A stretch of 64,000 nt of DNA from Hormiphora californensis (lineage: Eukaryota; Animalia; Ctenophora): assembly GCA_020137815.1 (NCBI GenBank), contig CM035357.1:6634001-6698000 (forward strand), written 5' to 3'. The translations under genes and the position numbers were made by a program. The notes beneath the pieces were generated by a model that searched no databases, was not told the origin of the DNA, and saw only the letters and a list, made by a program, of their open reading frames with translations. Positions 36,756 to 53,714 of this stretch are shown here, in pieces (the first letter of the stretch is position 1; each line of letters starts with the position of its first letter).

Positions 36756-39668
<2,913 letters not shown>

Positions 39669-40452
39669 GGTATGACCGCGCTCTATCCCCGCCCCAACGC
39701 TGTGTTTTATACATGCTGAATGTGTGCCATGTGTTATGTGTGTCTTTGAACGTGCTCGTGTGTCTTTGAACATGTGTGTGTGTGTGCGTGTGTTTCTCTA
39801 ATATTTTGCACACCTGGTGCCCCTTGTTCAACTGCAATTCACTCATTGACCCCCCCCCCCCCGTATATCTTTGTCTAGGTCCCCCCACGTGTATCTTGAT
39901 CTAAGATCCCCCTTGTATTCAATGTCCCACTGTTATGCGTGTGTGTTCCATGTTACTCCACATCACACAGTTGGGGGGGCTCAGTTAATTGATCCCACTG
40001 CTGCACCTGGTCCTATAATCAAGAGAACACCACACTAGCACTACACCGCAATTAACAACATTCAGCAGCTGTTGTGTCGGCATAGTAACGAGGTGTGGGT
40101 GTGTCACCATAGTAACAGGGTGTGTGTGACCATGGATCGAACTCTAGTAGACATCACTTGACATCATCATCATCACAATCATTATGTTCCAATTTCTGTA
40201 AGTTATGTCTGGTACTGCAGTAGTCCTAATTTCTATAACTACACGACTATATTGTAGTAGGGGTAAAAGGAAGTAAAGGAGAAGGAATATTAAGCATATC
40301 TCGGGGTTTAGAGGCCCTCATTATACCACACCCCCTCCTGCTGCAGCACTACTAAGTCTAACTTTTTTAACCACATTTGTCCCTGGCGTAAGGCATGGTA
40401 TTAAATTATTTAACACGCCCTTTTTTTTTTTAAAAAATTTTAAAAAAAAAAA

Positions 40453-40552
40453 NNNNNNNNNNNNNNNNNNNNNNNNNNNNNNNNNNNNNNNNNNNNNNNN
40501 NNNNNNNNNNNNNNNNNNNNNNNNNNNNNNNNNNNNNNNNNNNNNNNNNNNN
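40453..40552. other. Scaffold gap (100 N) flanked by low-quality homopolymer-rich sequence (~40420-41350)
   Basis: N run visible. Confidence 0.99.
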
Positions 40553-42139
40553 AGGAGGGGAGGGGGATTTAAAAGGGCAAAAAAGGGTAGAATTAAAGGT
40601 TTTTATTAGTATGATTTTAATTAAAAAGGGAAGAAGGGGCAGAGGGGGAAAACAAAACGCAAAAAGGAGGCCACTTTTAGGGGGCACGCAAAAGATGGGG
40701 GGAAAGGGGAAGGAGGGACAGGAGTAAATTGGGGAGCTAAAACGGGAGGAAAAAATTTCCCTTTTACCTATTTTCATTCCAAATAAACCCAAATTCAATA
40801 GTTTAAACCCCCAAACCACGGGATTTAGGTTAATTTTGGGTTTTTTTTTCCCCTTCCCTCCTTTATGGTGATTTTAAAAGTTAAATTTTTTTTTTGTGGG
40901 GGTTTGTTTTTTTTTTTTTGGTGTTTTTAAAAGGCGGACCCTATAGGCAATTTCCGGAGGGGGAAAGGGTTTGGGAAAATGCGATTTCTCGTAAATTAAA
41001 TAAAAAAGGGAACTTGCCGTCAGCACAACTTTTTTCCCTCCTGTTGGGTGAAGGAATTTTTGGCCCTTTGGTTTTTAATTTTTTTTACCCTTTTGTGGAT
41101 TTTGGGGGTTGTGAAGTTCCCCCCCTTGCCACAATTTGTAAATTCGGTTGCCAACTTGGGGGTGTAAAAGGGTTTGGATATGAGGGGGAAGAGAGAGAGG
41201 AGGGGGGGGAGGGAGTAAGGAGGGGGGGTTTAAAGAAAGGAGCAGAAAAGGGGGGGGGGGGGGTTAAAATTTTTGGGGGGGGTAAATTTGTACAATTTCT
41301 TAAAAGGGACCTCATTTGCCCCATTTTTTCATTAGAACATATGGGGGGTGATTATAAAAATGCTGATTATGGTCGTTATTGCCGGACCTCTGTTTTAATT
41401 CTCGTATCTATTTTTAGATCCTTGTTGCACCTGTCAATGCGATGCTGAATTCCTGAGTCCTGACCACTCGCTCCGTGCAAGAAAGGGTCAGTTCAATGCC
41501 TGACAGGTTGATTTGTTTTAACCGTTTGTCACGCAGTGGCTGCCCCGGCCCCCAGGCAGTATTTGAATGAAATTACTGTTCCGTTACAACTTCAACCGTC
41601 TGTCTATAGCTCCATCAGAGGGTTCATTCAGACAGATCCGTAATTAACTCCCTAACTGAACCCTTACTCAATTGTCAGGTACATCGCGCGAAGAGGACGG
41701 TCTTATATGAGACATTTACTCAACATAACTGGACCCTTACTCAACAACTCCCTAACTGAACCCTTATAAAGATGGGGTAAAGATCTTCTAATTCTAAACA
41801 GATATATTCAGATAACTGATATTTCTTTGTAAAGCTATTTTAGTCAGACTAATTACATTATAAGTTACCATTTCTTTACCTAAAATGGGTTGAAACAAGC
41901 CACCAGTTTAAATTAAACTACTTTCCCGAATGGTAGTGAAATGATTCAGTTAAATTTAGCCTGTCTCCCCGTATAATAGGGACCCTATGCGATCTGACAA
42001 CTCCATTAGGGTTGTCAGATCGCATTCGATTTGCTTCTACATATTATATAGCCGCTAGAGTCTAACTTTAGTTCTATCATAGACTGATTCGAGAACTCGC
42101 TACAATTACTTGACATATTCTTTGAAACGAACCTGATGT

Positions 42140-42212
42140 TTGGTTACGAAGTCACCCCTAATATTGCATAGAGGTGAGCTATTATTAACGCAGAGGGGTA
42201 ATTTCATTACCA
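42140..42212. mobile_element. ~75-bp MITE, TIR ttggttacgaagtcacccct, 9-bp TSD
   Basis: acctgatgt flanks both sides. Related copies lie at 54992-55071 and about 47701. Confidence 0.7.
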
Positions 42213-43063
42213 ACCTGATGTAGACTCTGTAGACTCTGTGTGTAGTAGAAGGTGACATGTTAACCAGACCAAGTTTCGTGTTATCTGTCTGCTCTGTTCG
42301 GGTAGTATGTTCTCAGATCGTAGTTGGGACAGTGTCCCCTCTACCCAACATGTCACATCCTGAAATGGGTTGTTGTTGTTGAGTAATGGGTGCAGGTGGG
42401 ACTCAAAAAGGTTATTGAGTGAGCTGATTTACTACCCACACCCAGTGGGTTACCCGCTCTATATCGTGAAAGGGGGAGTAAACCCCAGCTGAGGTAAAGA
42501 TACCCATAGATTATAGAAATCCATTTATTTCTACCCCAATTTGCCCACCACCAATCACTCAATTTACCACTTTAAATCTCTTCTTTTAGAATCCCGCCAG
42601 ATTACGTCGCGTCGCAATACTGACACCTATAATAACTGTCAATCTATTATTGGAAGTGACAACCGTTTTATTGTAACCAATTTATACCGAAGATTTAGAA
42701 CAATTGTCCGGTACTGATCCTTTGTTCGGTGAAAGGGGGGGGGGGAGGAGAGTTCGTATATTGTAAAACTTGTACTACTATAATCACTGTTTAGTAGAAA
42801 GTGCTAGTAACTATACGGCCAATATACCAGCAGCTAACAGGTGGCAAGTTAATGAAACCTATATTAATATGAAGCCCTCAAATGCAAACCTAACCGTGTG
42901 AAATGTGTGTCTGTAGGAAACCCAAAACATGGTTCTGTAGTAATCTATTGTATGCTCCAGAGGATGGCATTATATCAAGATAATGAATTTTTAAATAAAA
43001 TGATCGAAGGTGCTTCAAAGATGCTTGGAGTGAGAGGATGGGAGATGTATGGTAGTGAATTAA

Positions 43064-43956
43064 AGTGAGAGAGAACAGCCCCGATTTTGATGAAACTTGG
43101 TCAGAATAGTGTTTGGTGTCTAATTAGAAGTCAAAAAAATTTTTAGTGCTCAAATTCTAAATTTAGGATTTTTAGGTTTTTAAGGTTTTTCGGCTTTTAT
43201 GGGTTTCAGGAACGTTCTAGAACAAAATGAATAAAACCATCTTTCTCGGCATTAAATTCTGCATCGATTATAGTGGTTATAAACCTTTCTATGACGTAAG
43301 GTTCAGAAGTTATCGAGAAAAAGCCCAAACGGGTACATGTGTTAGGGGCGGGTTCATGTATTAGGCTAACCGGCGAACCTCTTGTCAGAACACCATGTTA
43401 TAGGGTGTCAACGCGTATTGATAAGGAGATCATTTTAGTGAAAATTATTTTGATCTGCGATGTCTGTGTAACGAATGAAACCTAAAAAACCTTACTGAAT
43501 GAAGCATACCCGTTTGGTTAAAACATGTGGTGAGGTTTTTTAGGTTTCATTCGTTACACAGACATTGCAGATCAAAATAATTTTCACTAAAATGATCTCC
43601 TTATCAATACGCGTCGATTGACACCCTATAAAATGGTGTTCTGACTAGAGGTTCGCCGGTTAGCCTAAAACATGAACCCGCCCCTAACACATGTACCCGT
43701 TTGGGCTTTTTCGCGATAACTTCTGAACCTTACGTCATAGAAAGGTTTATAACCACTATAATCGATGCAAAATTTAACGCCGAGAAAGATGGTTTTATTC
43801 ATTTTGTTCTAGAACGTTCCTGAAACCCATAAAAGCCGAAAAACCTAAAAATCCTAAATTTAGGATTTGAGCACTAAAAATTTTTTTGACTTCTAATTAG
43901 ACACCAAACACTATTCTGACCAAGTTTCATCAAAATCGGGGCTGTTCTCTCTCACT
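43064..43956. mobile_element. 893-bp palindromic non-autonomous DNA transposon, TTAA TSD (Kolobok-like AG...CT termini)
   Basis: Reads ttaa|agtgagagagaacagccccg...cggggctgttctctctcact|ttaa; arms are about 430 bp. Confidence 0.92.
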
Positions 43957-44367
43957 TTAATTATAAGATCATTCATAGAGCGAGGGAATAATTCTATCTA
44001 AATTGTCTCCCCGGTAGTGGTATCAGGTATAGCAGGCTGAGTTATCATATTAATATGGGAGCCGGTTCAAGGGCCTATAGTTCCATTAAGGATGTCGGAG
44101 CACGTTAATAGATTCTCGTTTTTAAAAGCTATTTATATATGGATCCTACTTTGCACTGTATCGATCTATTAAAGGACCGTGAGAGCTTAAAGAAATGTTT
44201 TATAAGAATCAAATTCTGCAAAAATCGAATTTATCTAACTTTTGGCAACCCCATGTTCTTAAATTTTCTAATTTTTTCCTTAGATTAACTATCTATTTAG
44301 TGACTAGAAACTAGATATATTAGGGGAGCAAGGGCTAGATATTATAGGGATTCCCATCCCTACATAC

Positions 44368-47300
44368 CCGTGAGGGTGAAGAGGTATACTCCATGGTAGA
44401 TAGACACTGTCCAACCAGTTGGCATGCAGCCTGTCTGATCCACTGATGGGGATACACCAACAAATCACCTAACTTATCTGAGGGAGAGGGAGGTACATTA
44501 ACAAGATTAACAACAATATTATGGTAGTAGGAGACACTAGCGTGGTACGCGCAAAAAAATGCGCGCCACACACCTGTTATTTTAGGTATGTGGCGAACAT
44601 TTTTTTGCGTGTACCACGCTAGTGTCTCCCACTATGGTACTAAATCAATAAATTGACTAAGGAGCTTTTTGGGAGCTCTGTGTTTCCAGTCTTCAGCTCA
44701 TGAGAGGTACAATTGTAGCCAATAAAAGGTGTTATATACGCAGTCTCTCCAGGGGGGTTGTGTAAATTGAGTTGCTTAGCAACAATCTCAGTTCACAATT
44801 CATAACTTACCAACCACCATCTTTGGTAGGTCCTTTCCCTCTGTCAGTTTGAGTAGGTTGACAATGGCCGTGTAGAGCACCTAGAAAGAGAAAGGGGGAT
44901 AGAGAGATGGGGGATAGAGAGAGGGGGGGGATAGAGAGATAGAGAAAGTTGTTTGACCATTTTCAAGAGCACAAAAAACTCTTTAGTTATTCGAATATTG
45001 ATAGATCAGACCTTTTAGAGAGTATCAGTAGGCACTATAGACAAGGGTACTTTCAAATGAGCCTTTTAGGAAACATTTTACAGTATTTAATGGAACCTGT
45101 CAGCCCTCAACTGTTTGCTCTGGTATTATATTCTCAGATTCATCAGCTGTATAATAATGCAGATCAATGATCACACACTCTTGTGTGTTAATGCTCTTTT
45201 GTGTTGTCGTGATTTACTATTTGTAGTAGGCATATATTATATAGTGATAATATAGTGCTAATATGTAGTCAACTTCCATACAACAAAACATTGTGGCGTT
45301 TACTCGAACTTAGTCTGTATAAGAGAGGTACCTGTCAGCTCTCTTGCACCGGGGCGTGATGCACAGAAACCTGACAAGTATAACCTCTCTCTCACTGAGG
45401 GGTCAGAACATGACAACCTAGGTCCTAGAGTTGCTGGACCCTCTCTTAACTATTAGAATATGACATCCTAGGTCCTAGAATATGACAACCTAGATCGTTA
45501 CTGGACCGGCAGGAGGGCCAGGGGCACTATCTCTCTCTTTGTAAGCCTAGCTAGTAGTTATACCTGATCACGCACGGTAGTACTGGCCTCATTCTCACCA
45601 TCAGTCAGTGTGCAGTGGGTTGCTATCACACCCGATAGCAGGGACACAAAACCTAAAAAGTGTTGAGTTATTGAGATTTAATACAAAAGTCAAAAAGCAA
45701 AAGCAAAGATAATTTGGGTAAGGGAAGTGAATGAGGAAGAGATTTAGCGATGATATTTAGCTATACAAGGGTATGATATTACAGGGGGGGGGGGTCGGGT
45801 GACAATAATACAGTTTTAGAACTAGATAATATAATAGACGATATGGTACGCGTGAGAATCTATTCAGCATCTCATTTTGCTTTTAGCTAAGAGCTGATAC
45901 ATTAGTATCATTAGTGTCAATGGCGCTCCCAGAGACTTGGAAACTGCTAAGGGATAATGGCCAATGTATTATCCGGTAGTGGTAAGATATATCACTAAAC
46001 TATTGATCCTTATTGAAGGCTAACATAATTCAGTACCAAAGAACCCCCCTCTCAGTCTAGATAGAATTCCCCATCTCAGTCTAGATTTAAACTTACCGTT
46101 TGCTCGTTTAGCAGTTGCTTGATCGTGCAGAATACCTATCAACTGTACTCCCAAGTATCTGTGCTTTACCTGTTAACAAGATAGATCAGCAATTATTTGT
46201 CTCACAAGACACTGCCCTCTCCGAGTGTGTGTGACATTACAGTCATGTTGTAGTACAAGTAACTTCATTGTTAAGGGATGACAAGTAATTGTTAATCAAT
46301 TCAACACCTCGAATTTTCATGGTGTTTCATACCTTTTTATCAGTAGACCAGCTGTCTATCACAGTGAATATCTTGTTCTGGTGCTCCTCAGGAGATCTTC
46401 TCACCAGAGAACTGACTATCAAACCTAGAGAACGGAATATTATTGAGTTTCACAGATTAAAGAGAAACAACGACTTTGCAGTACTAATGGTTTCCCAGTT
46501 CTGTTTTTATAACATGTTGTCTAGAGTATGGGGCGGAGTTTCTATATTATGCTCTATTTTTACTCCTTTCCCGCTAAACTATGGCTTGTACATGTCAAAA
46601 ACTTTTAAATTTAAGGGAGGCCGGAGGAAATAGATTTAATACCACTGTATGCACCTTTCTGAACTTCCTCGCTGCTCTTTCTAATACTCAGTGACTCCAA
46701 CTAAATAATATGCAACCTATAAGGACTCATTTGTTTGCCATTTTTAGGACTGATTTGATTCACACGCCACGTGGTTACTGCTAAATTAACTTTCAGAGTG
46801 TCATAATTCCCACCCAACTTACCTGTCAAGTTTTAATACATGACTTGCTGTCCGCAGAGAGTTAATAAATGTCAAATGGGTTAACCACCGTGCAGTCGAA
46901 GGAACCCCGACGGAATTTTCAGGAATGTTAGGGGAGAAGCAGAGAGATAGAGTAAAGTATGCGTGATTTATTATACCACTTGACTAGTGATGCCTGACAA
47001 CTTAATTAAGCAATATTGTGAAAGCGGATGTTGGTGTTAAATTATTCAAGGGGAACCAGTGAGGTTAGAATATCAAAAATCCATTACTGAGTGATATTGT
47101 GACTATAGAGCCTAGATAGTATAGACCTCACATTCATACAATACGACTGGTACTATCCTCAATAATACATCTTTCAATGGGGGTTGCTTTTAGTGCCCTG
47201 CAGCCACACCTTGTAGTAACCTCTATCTCTCTATCTCAACAGCTGCTTTCATACACTCGTGTGACCCTCTGCTAACCAGCCGCTAACCCACACTCGTGTG

Positions 47301-50300
47301 ACCCACTGCTAATCTCAACAGCTGCTTATCTAAAACTCAACGGCTGCCTACACCCGTGTGACCCACACCCCCTGCTAACCAGCCGTTATCCCACACTCCT
47401 GTGACCCCCTCCCCAACTCACCGGCTGCCTTCCTGCACTCCACATTATCATCTGACACAATAACAGCAGCAAGACTCATGAAGAATACCAGGGAGTACTC
47501 AGAGAGGGTGTCGGGTGGTAACCTACTGATAACCATGTTAACCAGCTCCAGGGCTGATAACCGTCCATCTTTGAAACCATACCTGGACAGAGTGGTTGGG
47601 GGGTTTAGTTTACCAAGAGGTTGGGGAAGTAAGCTGGGGGAACCGGGTTTAGCTAGGGGGAAGTGGGGGTGAAATAGGAGGGCTGGACAGGGTGATTGGG
47701 TTGGTTACGAAGTCACCCCTAATACCCTGTGTGAGCTTTTGCGGAGGGTATGGTTGGGGTTAGTTAGGGTTAGCTCGGGGGAATGGGGGTGAAATAGGAG
47801 GGCTAGAGGTATATGGGGATTAGATGAAGGTCAATCAGTGGAGTTGGTGTCTGGTGATGTTCAAGCAGAGTAAGAATGTTCCCCACTTGGGGTTTTCGAT
47901 GAAGTTATCACGGCCCTGACCCCCTTGAAAAGATAAAACTTCATCTTTGGAGGAAGATGTTGTCGAGTGAAATATTTATGAAGTCTCTTATTAGATAAGA
48001 TATATTATATCTTATCGGTTATTAGATATATGACCGTGGGAAAAGTGGTAGCTATTGTTTCCGATCCCCCGAATCCTTCAAATTGGATCACGTCTCCGTG
48101 TGTGGTCGATATATTGACACTTGACAGGGGAGGAGAAATCATGGCGGGTGTCCTGCTGGTAATTACAGCAGCACCGTATTCATTTGCTACATGTTAAATA
48201 GTTGGTATCGTCATGTCTTATATATATATATATATATACCTCGACCAAAACGCGGAGTTTTTACGTCAGCCGACCCGAAACCGGATTAAATTTGGCCACC
48301 CGCTGGTCTCAGGGCCTCCAAATATGTCAAAATATGGCTGAATTGTCATTTGGGGTCATGCAGACCTTTTAATTACATGTAATTACCCTTTAATTACATG
48401 TAATTACATTTTAATTACATGTAATTACTTCCAATTACATTCCAATTACTTCAGCACCTCGAGAGCTTTCGAACGCACCCTAGAACACCTTTCTACTCCT
48501 TCTAATTGCCGAGTTCTGTATACCCCTTATTTTGACTGTTTTTCGCGTCCTACCCCTTATAGGTTTGGGTATGGTCATCGCCACACCCCCTATACGTCGC
48601 GGGACCTCGAGACCTTTCCAACGAGCCATAGAACACCTCTCTACTACTTCAGGGGGCTTCAAAACTTTCACTCTAAAAATATCTATGGTTATGGTTTTAT
48701 GGTTTATGGTTACCTCGACCAAAACGCGGAGTTTTTACGTCAGCCGACCCGAAACCTGATTAAATTTGGCCACCCGCTGGTCTCAGAGCCTCCAAATATG
48801 TCAAAATATGTCTAAATTGTCATTTGGGGTCATTTGGACCTTTTAATTACATGTAATTACCCTTTAATTACATGTAATTACCCTTTAATTACATGTAATT
48901 ACTTCCAATTACATTCCAATTACTTCAGCACCTCGAGAGCTTTCGAACGCACCCTAGAACACCTTTCTACTCCTTATAATTGCCGAGTTCTGTATACCCC
49001 TTATTTTGACTGTTTTTCGCGTCCTACCCCTTATAGGTTTGGGTATGGCCATCGCCACACCCCCTATACGTCGCGGGACCTCGAGACCTTTCCAACGAGC
49101 CATAGAACACCTCTCTACTACTTCAGGGGGCTTCAAAACTTTCACTCTAAAAATATCTATGGTTATGGTTATGGTTTTATCTCGACCAAAACGCGGAGTT
49201 TTTACGTCAGCCGACCCGAAACCGGATTAAATTTGGCCACCCGCTAGTCTCAGGGCCTCCAAATGTGTCAAAATATGTTTAATTTTCATTTGGGGTCATT
49301 TAGACCTTTTAATTACATTTAATTACCATTTAATTACATGTAATTACATTTTAATTACATGTAATTACTTTCAATTACATTCCAATTACTTCAGTACCTC
49401 GAGAGCTTTCGAACGCACCCTAAAACACCTTTCTACTGCTTCTAATTGCCGAGATCTGTATACCCCTTATTTTGACTGTTTTTCGCGTCCTACCCCTTAT
49501 AGGTTTGGGTATGGCCATCGCCACACCCCCTATACGTCGCGGGACCTCGAGACCTTTCCAACGAGCCATAGAACACCTCTCTACTACTTCAGGGGGCTTC
49601 AAAACTTTCACTCTAAAAATATCTATGGTTTTATGGTTTTATGGTTATGGTTTTTTTTTCATCTGGTATTAAGGGCCTGTCGGCTCGGCCCCGTTGTTTT
49701 TAGGGGGGATGGGTTGAGTTTGGGTTATATTCGGGTCGGGGGGCCTTGCCAGGCCCCGAATGGTTTATGGTTTATGGTTTTTTTTCATCTGGTATTAAGG
49801 GCCTGTCGGCTCGGCCCCGTTGTTTTAGTTTTAGGGGGGATGTTTTAGGGGGGATGGGTTGAGTTTGGGTTATATTCGGGTCGGGGGGCCTTGCCAGGCC
49901 CCGAATGGTTATGGTTTTTTTTTCATCTGGTATTAAGGGCCTGTCGGCTCGGCCCCGTTGTTTTAGTTTTAGGGGGGATGTTTAGGGGGGATGGGTTGAG
50001 TTTGGGTTATATTCGGGTCGGGGGGCCCTTGCCAGGCCCCGAATGGTTATGGTTATGGTTTTTTTTCATCTGGTATTAAGGGCCTGTCGGCTCGGCCCCG
50101 TTGTTTTAGTTTTAGGGGGGATGTTTTAGGGGGGATGGGTTGAGTTTGGGTTATATTCGGGTCGGGGGGCCTTGCCAGGCCCCGAATATATATATATATC
50201 GAGGCTAAAATCTCAAACATTACGGCAGCATTACCTCATTTTTACAAACTCTATAAAATGCTCATGCCCGTAAACCATCATGCATCTTCCCTGCCTTGAC

Positions 50301-51492
50301 TTGACAAATTGTGCGTATAAAGCTGGGAAGACGGGGAGAGAGAGAGAGAGAGAGAAGAGAGAGAGGAGGAAAAAGAAGGGGGGAGAACCGAGGAAGAGAG
50401 GGAAGAGAGGGGGGGGGGGGGGGGAAAAAGGGGGGGGGAAAATGTTTTTTTTTTCTTTTTCCCCCCCCCAAACCACCCCCCCCCCCCTCCTTTTTCCCCC
50501 TCCCCCCGTGGTTTTCCCCCCGGCCTCCCTTTTTTCCCTTTGGGCTGCTGCTTTTCCCCATCCATTATATTGCTCCTTTATATCGGTTTTAGTGCTAAAA
50601 CCGGTTTTTGTTTTTGATTTTTACTTTCGTTAAAAGTGGGACTGATTTATTAGGTATTACAACTTCATAGGAATCAAGCTATTATTAATGCAAGAATTTT
50701 AATGACTTTCAAAAGGGGGATAAACTTTTATCAGATCACTTCCAATTTAACTTGAACACCCAAACGGTTTTTTTAAAAACAAATTATTTGTTTTTTATCT
50801 TACTCCAGTTGTTTTGTTAAAGATTCATTTGGACCAAAGTAGGCTTCTTCCCAGTGGGTAGTGGATAAAATCTGAGGGAAACCGCAAAAAAAATTTTTAG
50901 TATTTTCAGCTTTGGGTTTTTTTAGTGGTAAATTTAAAGTGGTTTTTGGGGGGGGTTTTGGGCCCTCTTCCCCCAAATTTAGAAAACCAAGTAGAATCAG
51001 TAGTGCCTTATGGAAGTTGGAAATTTCCACGGAACCAATGAATAGTGTTATTTCAAATTTGCACACTCATGCTCCAAAACTCTCTATTTCTAATTTTTTA
51101 ATGTCCGTGACCTTTATGCACAGTCCAGGGGGGTTTTTCACAGAAAAGAACTAGAATTCCAAGGTTCTTTATATTGGGTACAGGCCCTTTTTTAAAAATA
51201 TATATAAGTGAGGGCAGAATATATCTCATTCCCTGGGGGAAACCCAGTTTTTACAAGATATTATTAGCACACACAATTTTACAGCTGTTTATATTTTACT
51301 TTTTTTCTAGTATTTTATCTAAGCTTTTCTATTGTCTTCTATTTTTTTGGGGTCGTTCCCAACCCTTTTCCAAGGTTAGTGGGTGTTTTCTCTGCTTTCC
51401 CAAAACTGTCTTTTTTTTGTTTATTTGGTGGGGTGATCAAAAAAAAAGAAAAAAAAAGGGGAAAAAAGAAAGGGGGAAAAAAAGGGAAAATG

Positions 51493-51585
<93 letters not shown>

Positions 51586-53633
51586 GGGGGGCCCTAATAA
51601 AATTCCCCTTTTTTGGTGGGGGTTCAATATAAAAAGGGTTTAATTTACTCCCGAAACCCGATTTTTTTACAAGTTTATTTTTTACCCCAAAAACAATTTA
51701 TCACTTTTTAAATTGTATTACTTTTTTCTAGATTTGTTATCAAACTTTGTCGGGAAATTGTTTTCTATTTATTGGGGATCTCTCCAAAAACCAATTTATA
51801 CCGTAAGGTGTCAGTGGTGTTAAAAAACTTTTAATCTATCACTAGATCATGATGCTGTGTGTATTTTGTTCATTTGAGTGGCCAACATGGTGTATGGCTG
51901 GGAAGCAGGAGGGAGGGGGAAGGAGAGAAGAGAGAAAGAGAAGGAAGGTGGAATAAGAGTCTCTCCTCTCTCTCTTCTTTTCTCTCCCTCTCTTCTCTCT
52001 CTCTCCTCGCTCTCCTTCTCCCCTCTCTTTTCCCCTCTTTTCTCCTCTCTCTCTCTCTCTCTCCCCCTCTCTCTCCATCTTCTCACCCTTCCGGCCTTTT
52101 ATCATCCCCCCCCTTTTCTCCTCATTAACAAAATTTCCCTTTTCTATCCCTCAACCCCTTATTTCTCCCCTTTTTTCCTCTCCTTTACTTATCTAATCTC
52201 CCCCCCTTTTCTCAAACCCCTTCCTATCCCCTCCTTCTCTCTCTCAACTTCACTCACTCTTTCTCTTTTATTTTTAGGGTTTCGAGCTTTTAACTATATG
52301 ATACCATTAATGGTAATCCCAATTTTAGGATGGAAATTTTTCCTTTCTATGAGCAACCCCCCCCCCCCCATGTATTGAAATTGTGCTTAATAGAGTGTCG
52401 TACTTGGTATTTTAAAAAATAATTTAAAATACCATTTTAACATTTTAACATTTACGCATTTTAACATTTTAACATTTACGCACTCGTTGCCACTTTAATA
52501 TGTATCCCTGATCTTAATAATCTTAATAATTGACCGAATAAAAGTCTAGAATTATAACTCTCAACTTGAGACTAGAATAACTCTCATCTTGATTCTAGAA
52601 TTATAACTTTCTGAACACCTTGTAACTCACAATCAACCCTCTCTACAGTCTACACACCCCTCTAAAGTCGGATTTTTTGAAGTTGTCACCCCCTGTGTGG
52701 CGCACGATGTTTTATTTGCGAGTCGGAAACATGTTTTGGCTCTATTTTGGCTCTCACGCCATTGCTTCTTGACCGATTTCGTTGATCAAAAGTTTTACGG
52801 ACTCACAAAATTATGCTCTTTCCGGTGATATGCGGTTTTATGGCGTAAAGTGAGAGTGAGTGGGGGCTGTCACGCGCAAATACGACGCCGCACTCGGAAA
52901 GGGGGGGGGGTGACAACTTCAAAAATCTGACTTTTCGCCACATCTCTCTAAACCTTTCACACCCGTTTTATAATGACTATATTTGAACTGCGTCGTAGAT
53001 GCGAGATCAGCATCCAATTCACAAATTAGGATTCAAATAGCATTGTCAAGGTGTATTCAGCACAATGGATTTGATAATTCTCGCACCATATAACTCATAC
53101 AATATGATTTATTCAGAATAATCATTTCTTTGAGTTGCATCTTTAAAGTGCTAGTTGAATGGTTTGCTGTCTGTGGATTCTAGAGCATAATTTCCCTGTC
53201 TGGGCATTCTAGAGCATAATTTCCCTGTCTGGGCATTCTAGAGGATCATTTCCCTGTCTGGGGCTTACCTGTCTGGCTTGAGTGCGAGCAAAGTCTGATT
53301 GACCCACGACGCTCAGTTCAAATACTCGCTCCATTAATTCTGGGATCTGAAGATCAAGATATTAATGGGATGCGAGTCGGGTGGTCTAATCTAGAAGAGT
53401 GGGATATATTATTTATAGGATATGAGATAGCGAGTGGGGGGCAGGGGAGGCGATATCCAAATGTTGTGTTTTATAATCCCACACCATTCAAAATATAACA
53501 GCATCTCTTTTACGCAGGCCCTTTTACCTAGTAAAACATCTGGGCCATAGATCGTAGGACGACTAACTATAATGATAGTTGACCCAGGCTGAGCAGTGAA
53601 TGGTGTCAATGATCAATTTTCTAGAAACTCTGA

Positions 53634-53714
<81 letters not shown>

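Noticed and set aside
41415-41700. Possible small plus-strand exons (PCCTCQC..., GCPGPQ)
   Set aside because: I could not build a consistent reading frame, and the region is adjacent to the gap and low-quality sequence.
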